A stretch of 64,000 nucleotides of DNA from Wenzhouxiangella sp. (GTDB lineage Bacteria; Pseudomonadota; Gammaproteobacteria; Xanthomonadales; Wenzhouxiangellaceae), in NCBI GenBank assembly GCA_036351755.1, contig JAZBPT010000044.1, positions 2,685-66,684 on the forward strand, in the 5' to 3' direction. Position numbers and translations under genes: made by a program. The first letter of the stretch is position 1. Each line of letters opens with the position of its first letter. Under the pieces are notes generated by a model. That model saw nothing but the letters and a program-made list of their open reading frames with translations. It had not been told where the DNA came from and did not search any database. Of this stretch, positions 9,885-20,067 are shown piece by piece.

Positions 9885-10613
9885 CGCGCCCGCCGGCAGC
9901 CGGTGAGCCAGCGCGACGCCCAAGGGGGCGGCCAGCACGCCGCCCAGCCCGATCGCGAATGTCCCCGGCAGCCAGACATGGCCGACGAGGTGGTCCGGGC
10001 CGGCCTCCCTGGGCGCCAGCGCGACGAAGACCATCGTGCCGGCCAGGGCGATCGGCCAGCCGCAGGCCGAAGCGTTGGCGACCGCCCGGACCATGCCATA
10101 GCCGTTACGCGTCAGGTAGGGGACGTTGAAGGTTCCGCCGCCGATGCCCACGAGCGCTGAGGCTGCGCCGATCAGCGGTCCCGCCAGCCACCACAGGCGC
10201 GGAAACGGTTCGCGAGCGGCGGGGCGGGGCGTTTCGGCAAGCATCATGCGCACGCCGATGACTGCCGCGATGACGGCGAAAACGCGCGCCAGGGTTTCCC
10301 CCGAAACCACGGTGGCCAGCAGGGCCCCTGCGGCCGCGCCGATCGCCACGCCGCTGCCGAGCCGGGAGATGGTCGGCCAGTCGACGGCGCCGCGTCTTGC
10401 ATGGAACCAGACGGCACTGACGGCAGTCAGCAACATGGTGGACAGCGATGTGGCCACGGCGACCGGGACGGCGACGCTCTCGTCGACCGAGTGCAGGGCG
10501 AGCAGGGCGGTGACGGCGGGCACGATGACCAGACCGCCGCCGATTCCCAGCAGCCCGGCAAGCGTGCCGGCCGCCAGGCCGATCAGCAACAGGAAAACCA
10601 GGGACAGGAGCAC
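9828..10613 (-). CDS. TauE/SafE (TSUP) family transporter
   Basis: Hydrophobic protein with the repeated motifs GLLGIGGG and VGIGGG, plus AVATSL. Confidence 0.88.
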   Translation of the reverse strand: MLLSLVFLLLIGLAAGTLAGLLGIGGGLVIVPAVTALLALHSVDESVAVPVAVATSLSTMLLTAVSAVWFHARRGAVDWPTISRLGSGVAIGAAAGALLATVVSGETLARVFAVIAAVIGVRMMLAETPRPAAREPFPRLWWLAGPLIGAASALVGIGGGTFNVPYLTRNGYGMVRAVANASACGWPIALAGTMVFVALAPREAGPDHLVGHVWLPGTFAIGLGGVLAAPLGVALAHRLPAGALRRVFGGVLILVAARMAW

Positions 10614-10668
10614 TTGTCAGGATGCCGGACTCGTTGCAGGATGACCGGAATGGTGGAGCGTTGAGGCG

Positions 10669-12606
10669 ATGAAAGCAAGCAGGCTCGTTGTGGTCACCGT
10701 ATTCGCCCTGTTCGGGGTCGTGCCGGCGCTGGCCGATATCGAACAGCAACGCGAGACCTTCCGGCAGGGCTGGCAGGCGGCCGAGCGCGGCGACCAGGCC
10801 GGCATGGTCCGGGCGATTGCAGCGTTGCCCGACTACGCCCTGACCCCGTATCTACAGTTCGAACTGTTCCGCCAGCGCATCGACCGGGTGCCGGAATCGG
10901 TCATGACGCAGTTCCTGGCCCGCTATCGCGACTGGTCCTTCCACGATCAGCTCGAACGGGCCTGGCTGCGCAGCCTGGGCGAACGGGAGTCTTTCGACCG
11001 GCTGCTGGCCCGCGCCGGCGACAGCCGGGATACGGAGGTGCGTTGCCACCTCGCCCGGGCGAAGATCCGGCTCGGTCGCACCGACGGCCTGGAGTCCGAT
11101 GTTCGCGATCTCTGGCTGTCGGGCCGTTCCCGACCGGACGCCTGCGACGAGGCCTTCGCCTGGTGGCGGCGCCAGGGCGAGCCCGACGCCGATACCGCCT
11201 GGCGGCGCTTCCGGCTGGCGCTGGATGCCGGCGAAACCGGCCTGGCCCGCTACCTGCGCCGCTATCTCCCCGCCGACGAGCGCGAATGGGCCGATCGCTG
11301 GATCGCCGTCGCCCAGCGACCCCACGCAACGCTACGGCAGGCGCGCCAGTGGCGCGATCTGGACTACGCCCGCCTGGTCATCCAGTGGGGGCTCGAGCGC
11401 CTGGCGCGCTCGGACTGGGAGGCCGCGTCGGAGTCCTGGCGGGTGCTTTCGCGGCACTTCGCCTGGAGCGATTCGCAGGTCGCGGCCGTTGAACGCGATA
11501 TCGCCCTGTTCCGCGCCGTGGCGCTGGACAAGGGCGCGATCGGCGCCATCGACGCCTTGCCCGAGGCGGCCCGGGACCAGCAGATGCTGGCCTGGCGCGC
11601 GCGTGCGGCCATGTCGCAATCGAATTGGTCCGAGGTCCTTGCCAGCATCGAGGCCATGTCCCTGCGCGAGCAGGCGGATTCGCGCTGGCGCTACTGGCGC
11701 GGCCGGGCGCTGGCGGAACTGCAGCGCCCCGAAGCCATGCTGGCTTTCACCTCCCTGAGTACCGAAGCGCACTATTACGGCTTCCTCGCCGCCAGCCGTC
11801 TCGGTCAGCCGCTGAGCCTGTGCGACGAGACGCTGCACGCCGACGATGCCATCCAGCGCCGCCTGCTCCGCGATGCCGAGTTCGAGCGGGTGCTCGAGCT
11901 GTTCCACGCGGGCCTGCCCTGGCACGCTCGCAGCACCTGGCGGCACCTGTCGCGCCGCCTGATCGACCGCGAGATCGAGCAGGCCGCCCTGATCGCGGCC
12001 GGCCGCGGCTGGCACCACCTGTCGATTCTCGCGCTCAACCAGGCGGGCCGGCGCCAGGCCTACCCCTGGCGTTTTCCCATGGCCGCCAAGGGCACGGTGC
12101 TGGCCGAGGCGAAGCGCTACGGCGTGGACCCGGCCTTGGCCTACGGCCTGATGCGGGCCGAATCGGCCATGCAGCCCGATGCGCGCTCGCACGCCGGGGC
12201 GATGGGCCTGCTGCAGCTCATGCCCGGCACCGCGCAGGCGGTGGCCCGCCGCAACGGCTTGCGCTACGACGGCGCGGAGTCGCTGACCGATCCGCAGGTC
12301 AACGTGCCCCTGGGCATTGCCCACCTCGGCGAACTCCATCGCGATTTCGGCGGCAACTGGGTACGGGTGGCCGCCGCCTACAACGCGGGCGCCAACGCCG
12401 TCGAGCGCTGGCTCGACGAGCGTCCCGACACCCCGCCGGACGTCTGGATCGAGACGTTGCCCTACTACGAAACGCGCGACTACGTGCCGAAAGTGCTGGC
12501 CTTCGCGACGATCTACGAGTGGCAGCTGGAGCGCCGGCCGCAACTGCTGACCGGGGAAATCACGCCGGGCGCCGGTCCCGCCACCGGCTTTGCCTGCCCG
12601 CCGTGA
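10669..12606 (+). CDS. slt: Soluble lytic murein transglycosylase (Slt70-like)
   Basis: Signal peptide and helical N-terminal region. SLT motifs RAES, GLLQLMPGTA, AAYNAG and ETRDYV. Confidence 0.92.
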   Translation: MKASRLVVVTVFALFGVVPALADIEQQRETFRQGWQAAERGDQAGMVRAIAALPDYALTPYLQFELFRQRIDRVPESVMTQFLARYRDWSFHDQLERAWLRSLGERESFDRLLARAGDSRDTEVRCHLARAKIRLGRTDGLESDVRDLWLSGRSRPDACDEAFAWWRRQGEPDADTAWRRFRLALDAGETGLARYLRRYLPADEREWADRWIAVAQRPHATLRQARQWRDLDYARLVIQWGLERLARSDWEAASESWRVLSRHFAWSDSQVAAVERDIALFRAVALDKGAIGAIDALPEAARDQQMLAWRARAAMSQSNWSEVLASIEAMSLREQADSRWRYWRGRALAELQRPEAMLAFTSLSTEAHYYGFLAASRLGQPLSLCDETLHADDAIQRRLLRDAEFERVLELFHAGLPWHARSTWRHLSRRLIDREIEQAALIAAGRGWHHLSILALNQAGRRQAYPWRFPMAAKGTVLAEAKRYGVDPALAYGLMRAESAMQPDARSHAGAMGLLQLMPGTAQAVARRNGLRYDGAESLTDPQVNVPLGIAHLGELHRDFGGNWVRVAAAYNAGANAVERWLDERPDTPPDVWIETLPYYETRDYVPKVLAFATIYEWQLERRPQLLTGEITPGAGPATGFACPP

Positions 12607-12651
12607 CGGTCGGTCGGTAGAATAGGAACGACACTCAAGGCCGGAGCGATC

Positions 12652-13608
12652 ATGAAGGTTCTGATTCTGGGCGGTTCGGGTTTCGTCGGCTCGCACCTGA
12701 CGCGGCGTCTGGCGCGCGAGGGACACGAGGTCAGCGTGGCCACTCGCTACGCCCCGGGCTGCAAGCACCTGTGGGTGATTCCGCAGGCGAGGATTCGACA
12801 GTTCGACCCCTTCGACAGCGAGCGCCTGGTCGAGGAACTGCGCGGCCACGACGTCGCCATCAATCTTGTCGGCATTCTCAACGAACGCGGATTCGGGGGC
12901 TCGGGCTTCCGTCGCGTGCACGTCGAGCTGGTCGAAAAGCTCATCGAGGCCTGCGTCGAGGCCGGCGTGCCGCGGCTGATCCAGATGAGCGGGCTCAACG
13001 CCGGGCAGGGCGAGAGCCACTACCTGAGAACGCGCGGCGAAGGCGAGGCCCGCGTTCGCGCCGCCGACCGCGACGGCAGGTTGGCCGGGACCATCCTGCG
13101 CGCCTCGACCATTTTCGGGCCCGACGACAGCTTTCTCAATCGCTTCGCCGGCCTCCTGAAGATCAGCCCGGTCCTGCCACTGGCCCGGCCGCAGGCGAAG
13201 TTCGCCCCGGTGTTCATCGACGACGTGGTCGAGGCCTTCATGCGCGTCCTAGCCGCCGACGACACGGCCGGCCAGACCTACGAGCTCTGCGGCTCCGAGG
13301 AATGGACCCTGGTCGGCATCGTGCGCTGGCTGCGCGACCAGCTCGAGCTCAGGCGCTTCGTCATCGGCCTGCCCGATTTCCTGGGCCGCCTGCAGGGCAT
13401 GGCCTTCGACTTCGTTCCGGGCAAGCCGTTTTCCAGCGACAACTACAAGTCGCTCAAGCTCGACAGCCTGTGCCAGAGCGACGGTTTCAAGGCGCTCGGG
13501 ATTCGTCCCTGGGGCCTGGCCGAGCGGGCCACAAGCTGGCTTCGGCCGGTCGACAAGCAGGCCCGCTACCAGCAGTTCCGCCGCCAGGCCCGGCGTGAGC
13601 GAACCTGA
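12652..13608 (+). CDS. NDUFA9-like NAD-dependent epimerase / atypical SDR
   Basis: Motifs GGSGFVG, INLVGIL, SHYLRTRGEGE and IFGPDDSFLNRF. Confidence 0.88.
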   Translation: MKVLILGGSGFVGSHLTRRLAREGHEVSVATRYAPGCKHLWVIPQARIRQFDPFDSERLVEELRGHDVAINLVGILNERGFGGSGFRRVHVELVEKLIEACVEAGVPRLIQMSGLNAGQGESHYLRTRGEGEARVRAADRDGRLAGTILRASTIFGPDDSFLNRFAGLLKISPVLPLARPQAKFAPVFIDDVVEAFMRVLAADDTAGQTYELCGSEEWTLVGIVRWLRDQLELRRFVIGLPDFLGRLQGMAFDFVPGKPFSSDNYKSLKLDSLCQSDGFKALGIRPWGLAERATSWLRPVDKQARYQQFRRQARRERT

Positions 13609-14851
13609 CACGCGCCGGGACCCGGCCGCCGGGCTGGCCGTCTATCGCGTTGGCGGCGTGGTGCGTGACCGCCTGCTCGGACGCCCCGCTTCCGACGCGG
13701 ACTACGTGGTCGTCGGTGCCACGCCGGAAGTCATGCGCGAGCGCGGCTTCCGTCCCGTGGGCCGAGATTTTCCCGTATTCCTGCATCCGGAAACCGGCGA
13801 CGAGTATGCCCTCGCGCGCACCGAGCGCAAGGCCGGGCGCGGCTACCACGGTTTCGTGTTCCACACCGGACCGGAGGTCAGCCTCGAAGACGACCTCGAG
13901 CGTCGCGACCTGACCATCAACGCCATGGCCGAGGACGCCGCCGGCAAAGTGATCGACCCCTTCGGCGGCCGCCGCGACCTCGAAGCCCGCGTGCTCCGTC
14001 ACGTCTCGCCCGCGTTCCGCGAGGACCCGGTGCGCATTCTCCGCCTGGCCCGCTTCCAGGCGCGGTTTCCCGATTTCACCGTGGCCGAGGAAACGCGTGC
14101 GCTGTGCCGGCAGATGGTGGCCGACGGCGAGGTCGATCACCTGGTGCCCGAACGCGTCTGGCAGGAATTGGCATCGGCCCTGATGGAGACGCGGCCGTCG
14201 AAGTGTTTCGAGCTGCTGCACGACACTGGCGCCCTGGCCGTGATCCTGCCCGAGCTCGATCGCCTCTTCGGCGTACCACAGGTCGCCGAGCACCACCCCG
14301 AAATCGACGCCGGTGTTCACACCCTGATGGTTGTCGACCAGGCCGCCCGCCTGGGCGGCTCGCTGCCGGCCCGGTTCGCCACCCTGGTGCACGACCTGGG
14401 CAAGGGCCTCACCCCGGCCGACGAGCTCCCCCGGCACGTTGGCCACGAGAAGGCCGGCTTGCCGGCCATCCGCGAGGTCTGCGAACGCCTGCGCGTGAGC
14501 GTCGAGTGCCGGGACATGGCCCTGTTGGTCGGCGAACACCACCTCGTCGCCCACCGCGCGCTCGAATTGAAGCCTTCCACGGTGGTGCGCCTGTTCGAGC
14601 GAATCGACGCTTTCCGCCGGCGCGAACGCCTCGAACCGTTCTTGCTGGCCTGCGAGGCCGATCGCCGCGGCCGCACCGGGCGCGAGGACGAACCCTACCC
14701 CCAGGCCGATTTCCTCCGGCGCGCTCATGCCGAATCGGTCGAGGTCAGCGCCCGCACCTTCGTCGAGCGCGGCCTGCAGGGGCCTGCGATCGCCGAGGCG
14801 ATCCACGCTGAGCGTGTGAAGCGCGTCGCAGAACTGAAAGAAGTCGGCTGA
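13595..14851 (+). CDS. cca: Multifunctional CCA-adding enzyme
   Basis: Motifs VGGVVRD, DADYVV, ARTERK, RRDLTINAMA and EDPVRILR, plus the HD-domain motifs HHPEID and HDLGK. Confidence 0.95.
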   Translation: MSEPDTRRDPAAGLAVYRVGGVVRDRLLGRPASDADYVVVGATPEVMRERGFRPVGRDFPVFLHPETGDEYALARTERKAGRGYHGFVFHTGPEVSLEDDLERRDLTINAMAEDAAGKVIDPFGGRRDLEARVLRHVSPAFREDPVRILRLARFQARFPDFTVAEETRALCRQMVADGEVDHLVPERVWQELASALMETRPSKCFELLHDTGALAVILPELDRLFGVPQVAEHHPEIDAGVHTLMVVDQAARLGGSLPARFATLVHDLGKGLTPADELPRHVGHEKAGLPAIREVCERLRVSVECRDMALLVGEHHLVAHRALELKPSTVVRLFERIDAFRRRERLEPFLLACEADRRGRTGREDEPYPQADFLRRAHAESVEVSARTFVERGLQGPAIAEAIHAERVKRVAELKEVG

Positions 14852-14961
14852 TTTTCCCGGATCGGGGGGCACCATTCGCGGCGGACGTTGTCAATCCCGT
14901 GATCGGGCCCGAGGGATGATGCCGGGCCCTGACAAGAACGAACCATAGCGGAGAAACCGTC

Positions 14962-17900
14962 TTGCCCCTGACTCGACTTGGCCTGAGCAACCCGGTGGCC
15001 GTGGCCGTGGGCTGCATTTTGCTGGTGATATTCGGGCTTCTGAGCCTGTCGCGCCTGCCCGTGCAGATGACGCCCAATATCGACCGACCCACGATTTCGA
15101 TCTCGACCGGCTGGCGCGCGGCCGCGCCGTCGGAGGTCGAGTCGGAGATCATCGAGCCGCAGGAAAACCAGCTTCGGGACGTGCCCGGATTGCAACGTAT
15201 GACGGCCACGGCCAGCCAGGGGCGCGGTTCGATCAGCCTGGAGTTCGACGTCGGCGCCGATCTCAACCGTGCGCTCATCGAAGTCATCAACCGCCTCAAC
15301 CAGGTGCCGCGCTACCCCGCAGACGTGACCGAACCGACCGTGCGTGTCGGTTCCGACCAGTTCGGCGACACGGTGGCCTGGTTCGCCATCCGGCCCATGC
15401 CCGACAACAACCGGCCGATCATCGAGTATCAGGACTTCATCGACGAGATCGTCAAGGAAAGGCTCGAGCGCCTTCCCGGCGTATCCTCGGCCAATCCGCG
15501 CGGCGGGCGGCCTTTCGAAGTGCGCATCACCTTCGATCCCTACCAGGCGGCCGCCATCGGCGTGGACCTCACGCGCATCGGCCAGCGCCTGGGCCAGAAT
15601 AACGACGTCTCCGGCGGCTTCCAGGAAGTCGGTCGGCGGCAATACACCCTGCGTTTCGCCGGCCAGTACCAGATCGCCGACCTCGAGAACCTGGTGCTCG
15701 AGTGGCGCGAAGGGCGTCCCGTCTACCTGCGCGACGTGGCCCGCGTCGAGCGGGTCATGCGTGACTCCTCGGGCGTGATGACCCAGAACGGCGGCCCTTC
15801 GATCGCCATGAATGTGATCGCCGAGCCGGGCGTCAACGTGCTCGACGTCATGGGCAATATCCAGACAACGATCGACGAACTGCGGCGCAGCCATCTCACG
15901 CCGGCCGGTCTCGACATCGAACAGGTCAGCGACGATACCGTCTACATCCGCCAGTCGGTCGGCATGGTCGCGACCAACCTGATCGTCGGCATGAGCCTGG
16001 CGGTGCTGGTGCTGTGGTGGTTCTTCCGCAAGCTCAGGGCGACCATGATGGTTGCGCTGGCCATCCCGCTGTGCCTCTGCTTCGCCTTCCTGGTGCTCGA
16101 CGGCGTCGGGCGCACGCTAAACGTCATCTCGCTCGCTGGCCTGGCCTTCGCCACCGGCATGGTGCTCGATGCCGCCATCGTGGTGCTCGAGAACATCGTG
16201 CGCCAGCGCGAACAGGGACGGGCCCCGCTGGAGGCCGCCGACCGCGGAACGGGCCAGGTCTGGGGTGCGCTGCTGGCTTCCACGGCCACCACCGTGGCAA
16301 TCTTCCTGCCGGTCATCTTCCTGCAGGACGAGGCCGGCCAGCTGTTCGCCGACCTGGCTGTGGTGATTTCCGCGGCCATCGTCTGCTCCCTCCTGGTCGC
16401 CATCGTCGTGCTGCCCACGGCCAGCTATCGCCTGCTCGGCGATGCCAAGCTCGAGGATCGCCACGGCCACTGGTGGCAGAAGGCCAGCGATTTCGTCATG
16501 GCGCTCACCGACACGCCGCGCCGCCGCTGGGGCTGGATCGCCGGGCTGACCGTCGTGCCCCTGGTGGTCGGCGCCCTGCTGGTGCCGCCGGCCGACTACC
16601 TGCCCGAGGGCAAGCGCAACTTCATTTTCGGCTTCCTCCAGACCCCGTCGGGCATGGGTCCCGACACCGCCGAGGAGGAGCTGGTCAAACCGCTCAACGA
16701 GCGCCTTATCCCCCATATCAACGGCGAGAAGGAGCCGGCCATCGCCAACACCTTCCTCGGCTTTTTCGGCACCGGCGCCTTCCTGGGCATGCGCGCCGCC
16801 GACGAGGCGCAGGTCGACGACTTGCTCGCGGTGGTCAACAACGAGATTCTGACCGGTTTTCCCGACACCTTCGGCCGCGCCAGCCGCTCGCCCATTTTCG
16901 GGGGACGGGGCAGTCGACAGATCGACATCGATCTGCAGGCCGCCGATGTCGAGGAGTTGCTCGCCGCCGGCCAGACCGCTTTCGGGCTGATCCAGCAGAA
17001 TATGCCCGGTGCGAGCATCCGGCCCCAGCCCGGCCTGGAGCTGGCCGAGCCCGAGCTGCGCCTGGAACCAGACGACCGCCGGATCGCCGAGCTGGGCTGG
17101 ACTCGGGGTGATGTCGCCACCCTGGTGCGCGCTTTCGGCAACGGCGCTTACCTGGGCGACTATTTCGACGGCGACCGCCGGCTCGACGTGATCCTGCGCG
17201 GCGAAGAGTGGGTCACGCCCGAAGAGCTGATGGGCATGCCCCTGGCCACGCCCTCGGGTCGCATCGCCACCCTGGGCGAGCTCGCCGACCTCGAGCGCAC
17301 CGCCGGCCCCAACCAGATCCGCCGCGTCGATCGGCGCCGAACCCTGTCGCTGCAGGTCACGCCGCCGTCGGGCATGCCGATGGAGACCGCGCTGGCCTTC
17401 CTGCAGCAAGAAGTCGAGCCGGAAATTCGAAGTGCCCTGCCTCCCGACGGCGTCATCACTTATCGCGGGACGGCCGAGGCGCTGGGCGAAACGCTTTCGA
17501 ACCTGGCCGGCAGCTTCCTGCTGGCGATCGTGATCCTGTACCTGCTGATCTCGGCGCTGTTCCGATCGTTCAGGGATTCGCTGCTGGTGCTCATGACCAT
17601 CCCGATGGCCACTGTCGGCGGCATCGTCGCCCTTCGCATTACGGGCTGGATCACCGGACAGGCGATGGACATGCTGACCATGATCGGCTTCGTGATCCTG
17701 CTCGGCCTGGTGGTCAACAACGCCATCCTGCTGGTCTACCGCGCCCGCGACGGCGAGCGGGAAGAAGGCCTGAGTCGACGCGAGGCGGTCGAGACCGCTG
17801 TTCGCCTGCGACTGCGGCCGATTTTGATGAGCACCACCACCAGCGTGTTCGGGATGCTGCCGTTGCTGGTCCTGCCCGGCGCGGGTACCGAGCTGTACCG

Positions 17901-18030
17901 CGGCTTGGCGGCGGTGATCGTCGGGGGCATGGCGGTGAGCACCCTGTTCACGCTGGTGCTGCTGCCATCGCTGCTGAGAATGAACGAAGAGAAACAGGGC
18001 CGCGCCGCAGGCGAGGTGGTGCCGGCATGA
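14962..18030 (+). CDS. RND efflux transporter permease subunit (AcrB/AcrD/AcrF family)
   Basis: 1022 aa with motifs GMVLDAAIVVLENI, VNNAILL and RLRPILM. Confidence 0.93.
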   Translation: MPLTRLGLSNPVAVAVGCILLVIFGLLSLSRLPVQMTPNIDRPTISISTGWRAAAPSEVESEIIEPQENQLRDVPGLQRMTATASQGRGSISLEFDVGADLNRALIEVINRLNQVPRYPADVTEPTVRVGSDQFGDTVAWFAIRPMPDNNRPIIEYQDFIDEIVKERLERLPGVSSANPRGGRPFEVRITFDPYQAAAIGVDLTRIGQRLGQNNDVSGGFQEVGRRQYTLRFAGQYQIADLENLVLEWREGRPVYLRDVARVERVMRDSSGVMTQNGGPSIAMNVIAEPGVNVLDVMGNIQTTIDELRRSHLTPAGLDIEQVSDDTVYIRQSVGMVATNLIVGMSLAVLVLWWFFRKLRATMMVALAIPLCLCFAFLVLDGVGRTLNVISLAGLAFATGMVLDAAIVVLENIVRQREQGRAPLEAADRGTGQVWGALLASTATTVAIFLPVIFLQDEAGQLFADLAVVISAAIVCSLLVAIVVLPTASYRLLGDAKLEDRHGHWWQKASDFVMALTDTPRRRWGWIAGLTVVPLVVGALLVPPADYLPEGKRNFIFGFLQTPSGMGPDTAEEELVKPLNERLIPHINGEKEPAIANTFLGFFGTGAFLGMRAADEAQVDDLLAVVNNEILTGFPDTFGRASRSPIFGGRGSRQIDIDLQAADVEELLAAGQTAFGLIQQNMPGASIRPQPGLELAEPELRLEPDDRRIAELGWTRGDVATLVRAFGNGAYLGDYFDGDRRLDVILRGEEWVTPEELMGMPLATPSGRIATLGELADLERTAGPNQIRRVDRRRTLSLQVTPPSGMPMETALAFLQQEVEPEIRSALPPDGVITYRGTAEALGETLSNLAGSFLLAIVILYLLISALFRSFRDSLLVLMTIPMATVGGIVALRITGWITGQAMDMLTMIGFVILLGLVVNNAILLVYRARDGEREEGLSRREAVETAVRLRLRPILMSTTTSVFGMLPLLVLPGAGTELYRGLAAVIVGGMAVSTLFTLVLLPSLLRMNEEKQGRAAGEVVPA

Positions 18031-19088
18031 GAAACGCAATGACAAAGGGAATGGCAATGAATCGAACGTTCGTGGCGCTCGCCGCCTTTGTGCTGGCCGT
18101 GCCGGCCTGGGCTCAGTTCGGCGGTTCGCCCACCGTGGAAGTGGCCGCTGCAGAGCAGCGCGAAATGGCGCCGACCATGCAGGTAGCCGGTACGGTGCTG
18201 TCTCGTTCGGACGCCAGTTTGTCGGCCGAAGTGGAAGGCCGCCTCGTGGAAGTGGCCGACGTGGGCACGCGCGTGGCCCAAGGCGATGTCGTGGCGCGCA
18301 TCGAGGACACCACGCTGCAACTTCGCGTGGCCGAACTGGAGGCGGAAATCGCCCGCGGCGAGGCGCGTCTCGAGTTTCTCGACGCCGAACTGGATCGGGT
18401 CCAGCGCCTGGCCGAGACCAACCTGGCGGCCGCCAGCCAGATCGACCAGACCCGCTCGGAACGCGACATGGCGCAAAGCGACCTGGCCGTTGCCCGCGCC
18501 CGCTTGGCCCAGCTGCAGGACCAGATCGAACGCACGCGCGTTCGCGCACCGTTCCCCGGCGTGGTGGTCGAACGCGTCGCCCGTGCCGGCGAGCGGGTCG
18601 GCACCGGTGCGCGCATCCTGCGCCTGGTTGACCCCGATCGGCTGGAGGTGGTCGCCCGCGCGCCGCTTCGCTATTACCGTTACGTGCAGCCCGGCGACGA
18701 ACTGACGGTCGATGCGGAGGGTGAGGTCTTCGATGCGCCGCTGCGCACCGTAGTCAGCGTCGGCAACGAGGACCTGCACGTCTTCGAGCTGCGCCTGGAT
18801 ATCGAACGGCCACTGCCGGTGGGCCAGACCGCGCGGGTGACCATTCCCACCGCTGAACTGCGCGAGGTGCTGGCCGTGCCGCGCGATGCGCTCGTATTGC
18901 GTGGCTCCGGGACGGCCGTGTTCGTCATCGAGGAAGACGGCACGGCGCGCCGCGCGACCGTCTCGACCGGCATCGGTCAGGGCGACTGGATCGAAGTCGC
19001 CGGCCCCGTTCAGGCGGGGGACCGTATAGTCGTTCGCGGCAACGAGCGTTTGCGCGATGGGCAGGAGGTGGAGATTCGGGGGAGTTGA
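18027..19088 (+). CDS. RND efflux periplasmic adaptor (membrane fusion protein)
   Basis: ATGA overlap with the permease stop codon. Signal peptide, lipoyl-like EVEGRLVEV...G, helical hairpin, VRAPFPG and VPRDAL. Confidence 0.9.
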   Translation: MRNAMTKGMAMNRTFVALAAFVLAVPAWAQFGGSPTVEVAAAEQREMAPTMQVAGTVLSRSDASLSAEVEGRLVEVADVGTRVAQGDVVARIEDTTLQLRVAELEAEIARGEARLEFLDAELDRVQRLAETNLAAASQIDQTRSERDMAQSDLAVARARLAQLQDQIERTRVRAPFPGVVVERVARAGERVGTGARILRLVDPDRLEVVARAPLRYYRYVQPGDELTVDAEGEVFDAPLRTVVSVGNEDLHVFELRLDIERPLPVGQTARVTIPTAELREVLAVPRDALVLRGSGTAVFVIEEDGTARRATVSTGIGQGDWIEVAGPVQAGDRIVVRGNERLRDGQEVEIRGS

Positions 19089-19089
19089 T

Positions 19090-19170
19090 TGAAACCTCTT
19101 GGTTTCAGGTTTCAGGTTTCAGGTTTCAGGTTTCAGGTTTCAGGTTTCAGGTTTCAGGTTTCAGGTTTCA
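19090..19170 (+). repeat. (GGTTTCA)x10 heptamer tandem repeat preceded by one inverted copy
   Basis: Ten perfect units at 19101-19170. TGAAACC at 19090-19096 is the reverse complement. Confidence 0.95.
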
Positions 19171-19258
19171 GGGCGACGCTTCGCTTTGGTTCGGGTCGAT
19201 CCACGCTTCCGGTTCGTGGCCGGTGATCAGCAGGCAGAGCGGGCCGTTGCGTTGACGC

Positions 19259-20065
19259 TCATCCGGTTGGTCGATCGAAGCCGCCGGCGACGGCGAAAAC
19301 GCGCTGGCGGCCGTCGTCGATCAGGCGCACGCGGCAGCGGTACAGGCGCGACAGGTTGTCGGCGGTGAGCAATTCATCGGTCGGACCGGCATCCCATTCA
19401 CCGTTGCCGTAGAGCAGCAGCACGTGCGAGCAGTAGCAGGTGGCCAGGTTGACCTCGTGCAGGGCCATGACCGCCGATTTGCGCGCCTCGGTGACTTGCC
19501 GGTGCAGGACGTTGAGAATGGTCACCTGGTTGGCCGGGTCGAGGTGGTTGGTGGGTTCGTCGAGCAGCATCACCTGCGGGTCCTGGACCAGCAGCGTGGC
19601 CAGGGCGAGACGCCGCGATTCGCCCCCGGACAGGTCCATGCAGCTGCGTCCGGCCAGTTCGAGCATTTCCAGGTCGGCCAGGGCGTCTCGCGCGCGTTCC
19701 TGGTCGGCCCGCGATTCGCGCGCCCAGGGCTTGATGTGCGGGTGGCGCCCCACCAGGCCGGTCTCCAGGCAGGTGGCGTCGAACGCGTAGTGGGTGTGCT
19801 GGGGCAGCATGCCCAGGCGTCGCGCGATGTCGCGCCGCTTGCGTTCGTCCAGGCGCTTCCCTTCCAGGCGGATCCCCCCGCGCTCGGGTTGGAAGACGCC
19901 GGCGAAGGTCTTGAGCAGGGTGGTCTTGCCGACGCCGTTGGGTCCGAGCAGGCCCCAGAACTCACCGCGCCCGACGGCCAGGTTGAGATCGCGCACGACG
20001 TCGACCGGGCCGATGCGCACGTCGAGATCCTCGACGACGAGCGGGCTGTCAGGAGAAGGCATCAT
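19259..20065 (-). CDS. Iron-siderophore/cobalamin ABC transporter ATP-binding protein (FecE/BtuD-like)
   Basis: Walker A GPNGVGKT, signature LSGGE, LLDEPTNHLD and H-loop ALHE. Confidence 0.9.
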   Translation of the reverse strand: MMPSPDSPLVVEDLDVRIGPVDVVRDLNLAVGRGEFWGLLGPNGVGKTTLLKTFAGVFQPERGGIRLEGKRLDERKRRDIARRLGMLPQHTHYAFDATCLETGLVGRHPHIKPWARESRADQERARDALADLEMLELAGRSCMDLSGGESRRLALATLLVQDPQVMLLDEPTNHLDPANQVTILNVLHRQVTEARKSAVMALHEVNLATCYCSHVLLLYGNGEWDAGPTDELLTADNLSRLYRCRVRLIDDGRQRVFAVAGGFDRPTG

Positions 20066-20067
20066 CG

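Noticed and set aside
19101-19170. CRISPR array (also considered for the repeats at 44525 and 62602)
   Set aside because: The units are 7-8 bp with no unique spacers, and no cas genes are present.
19099-19368. ORF encoding VSGFRFQ repeats
   Set aside because: It is a translation of the GGTTTCA heptamer array and overlaps the ABC ATPase gene on the opposite strand.
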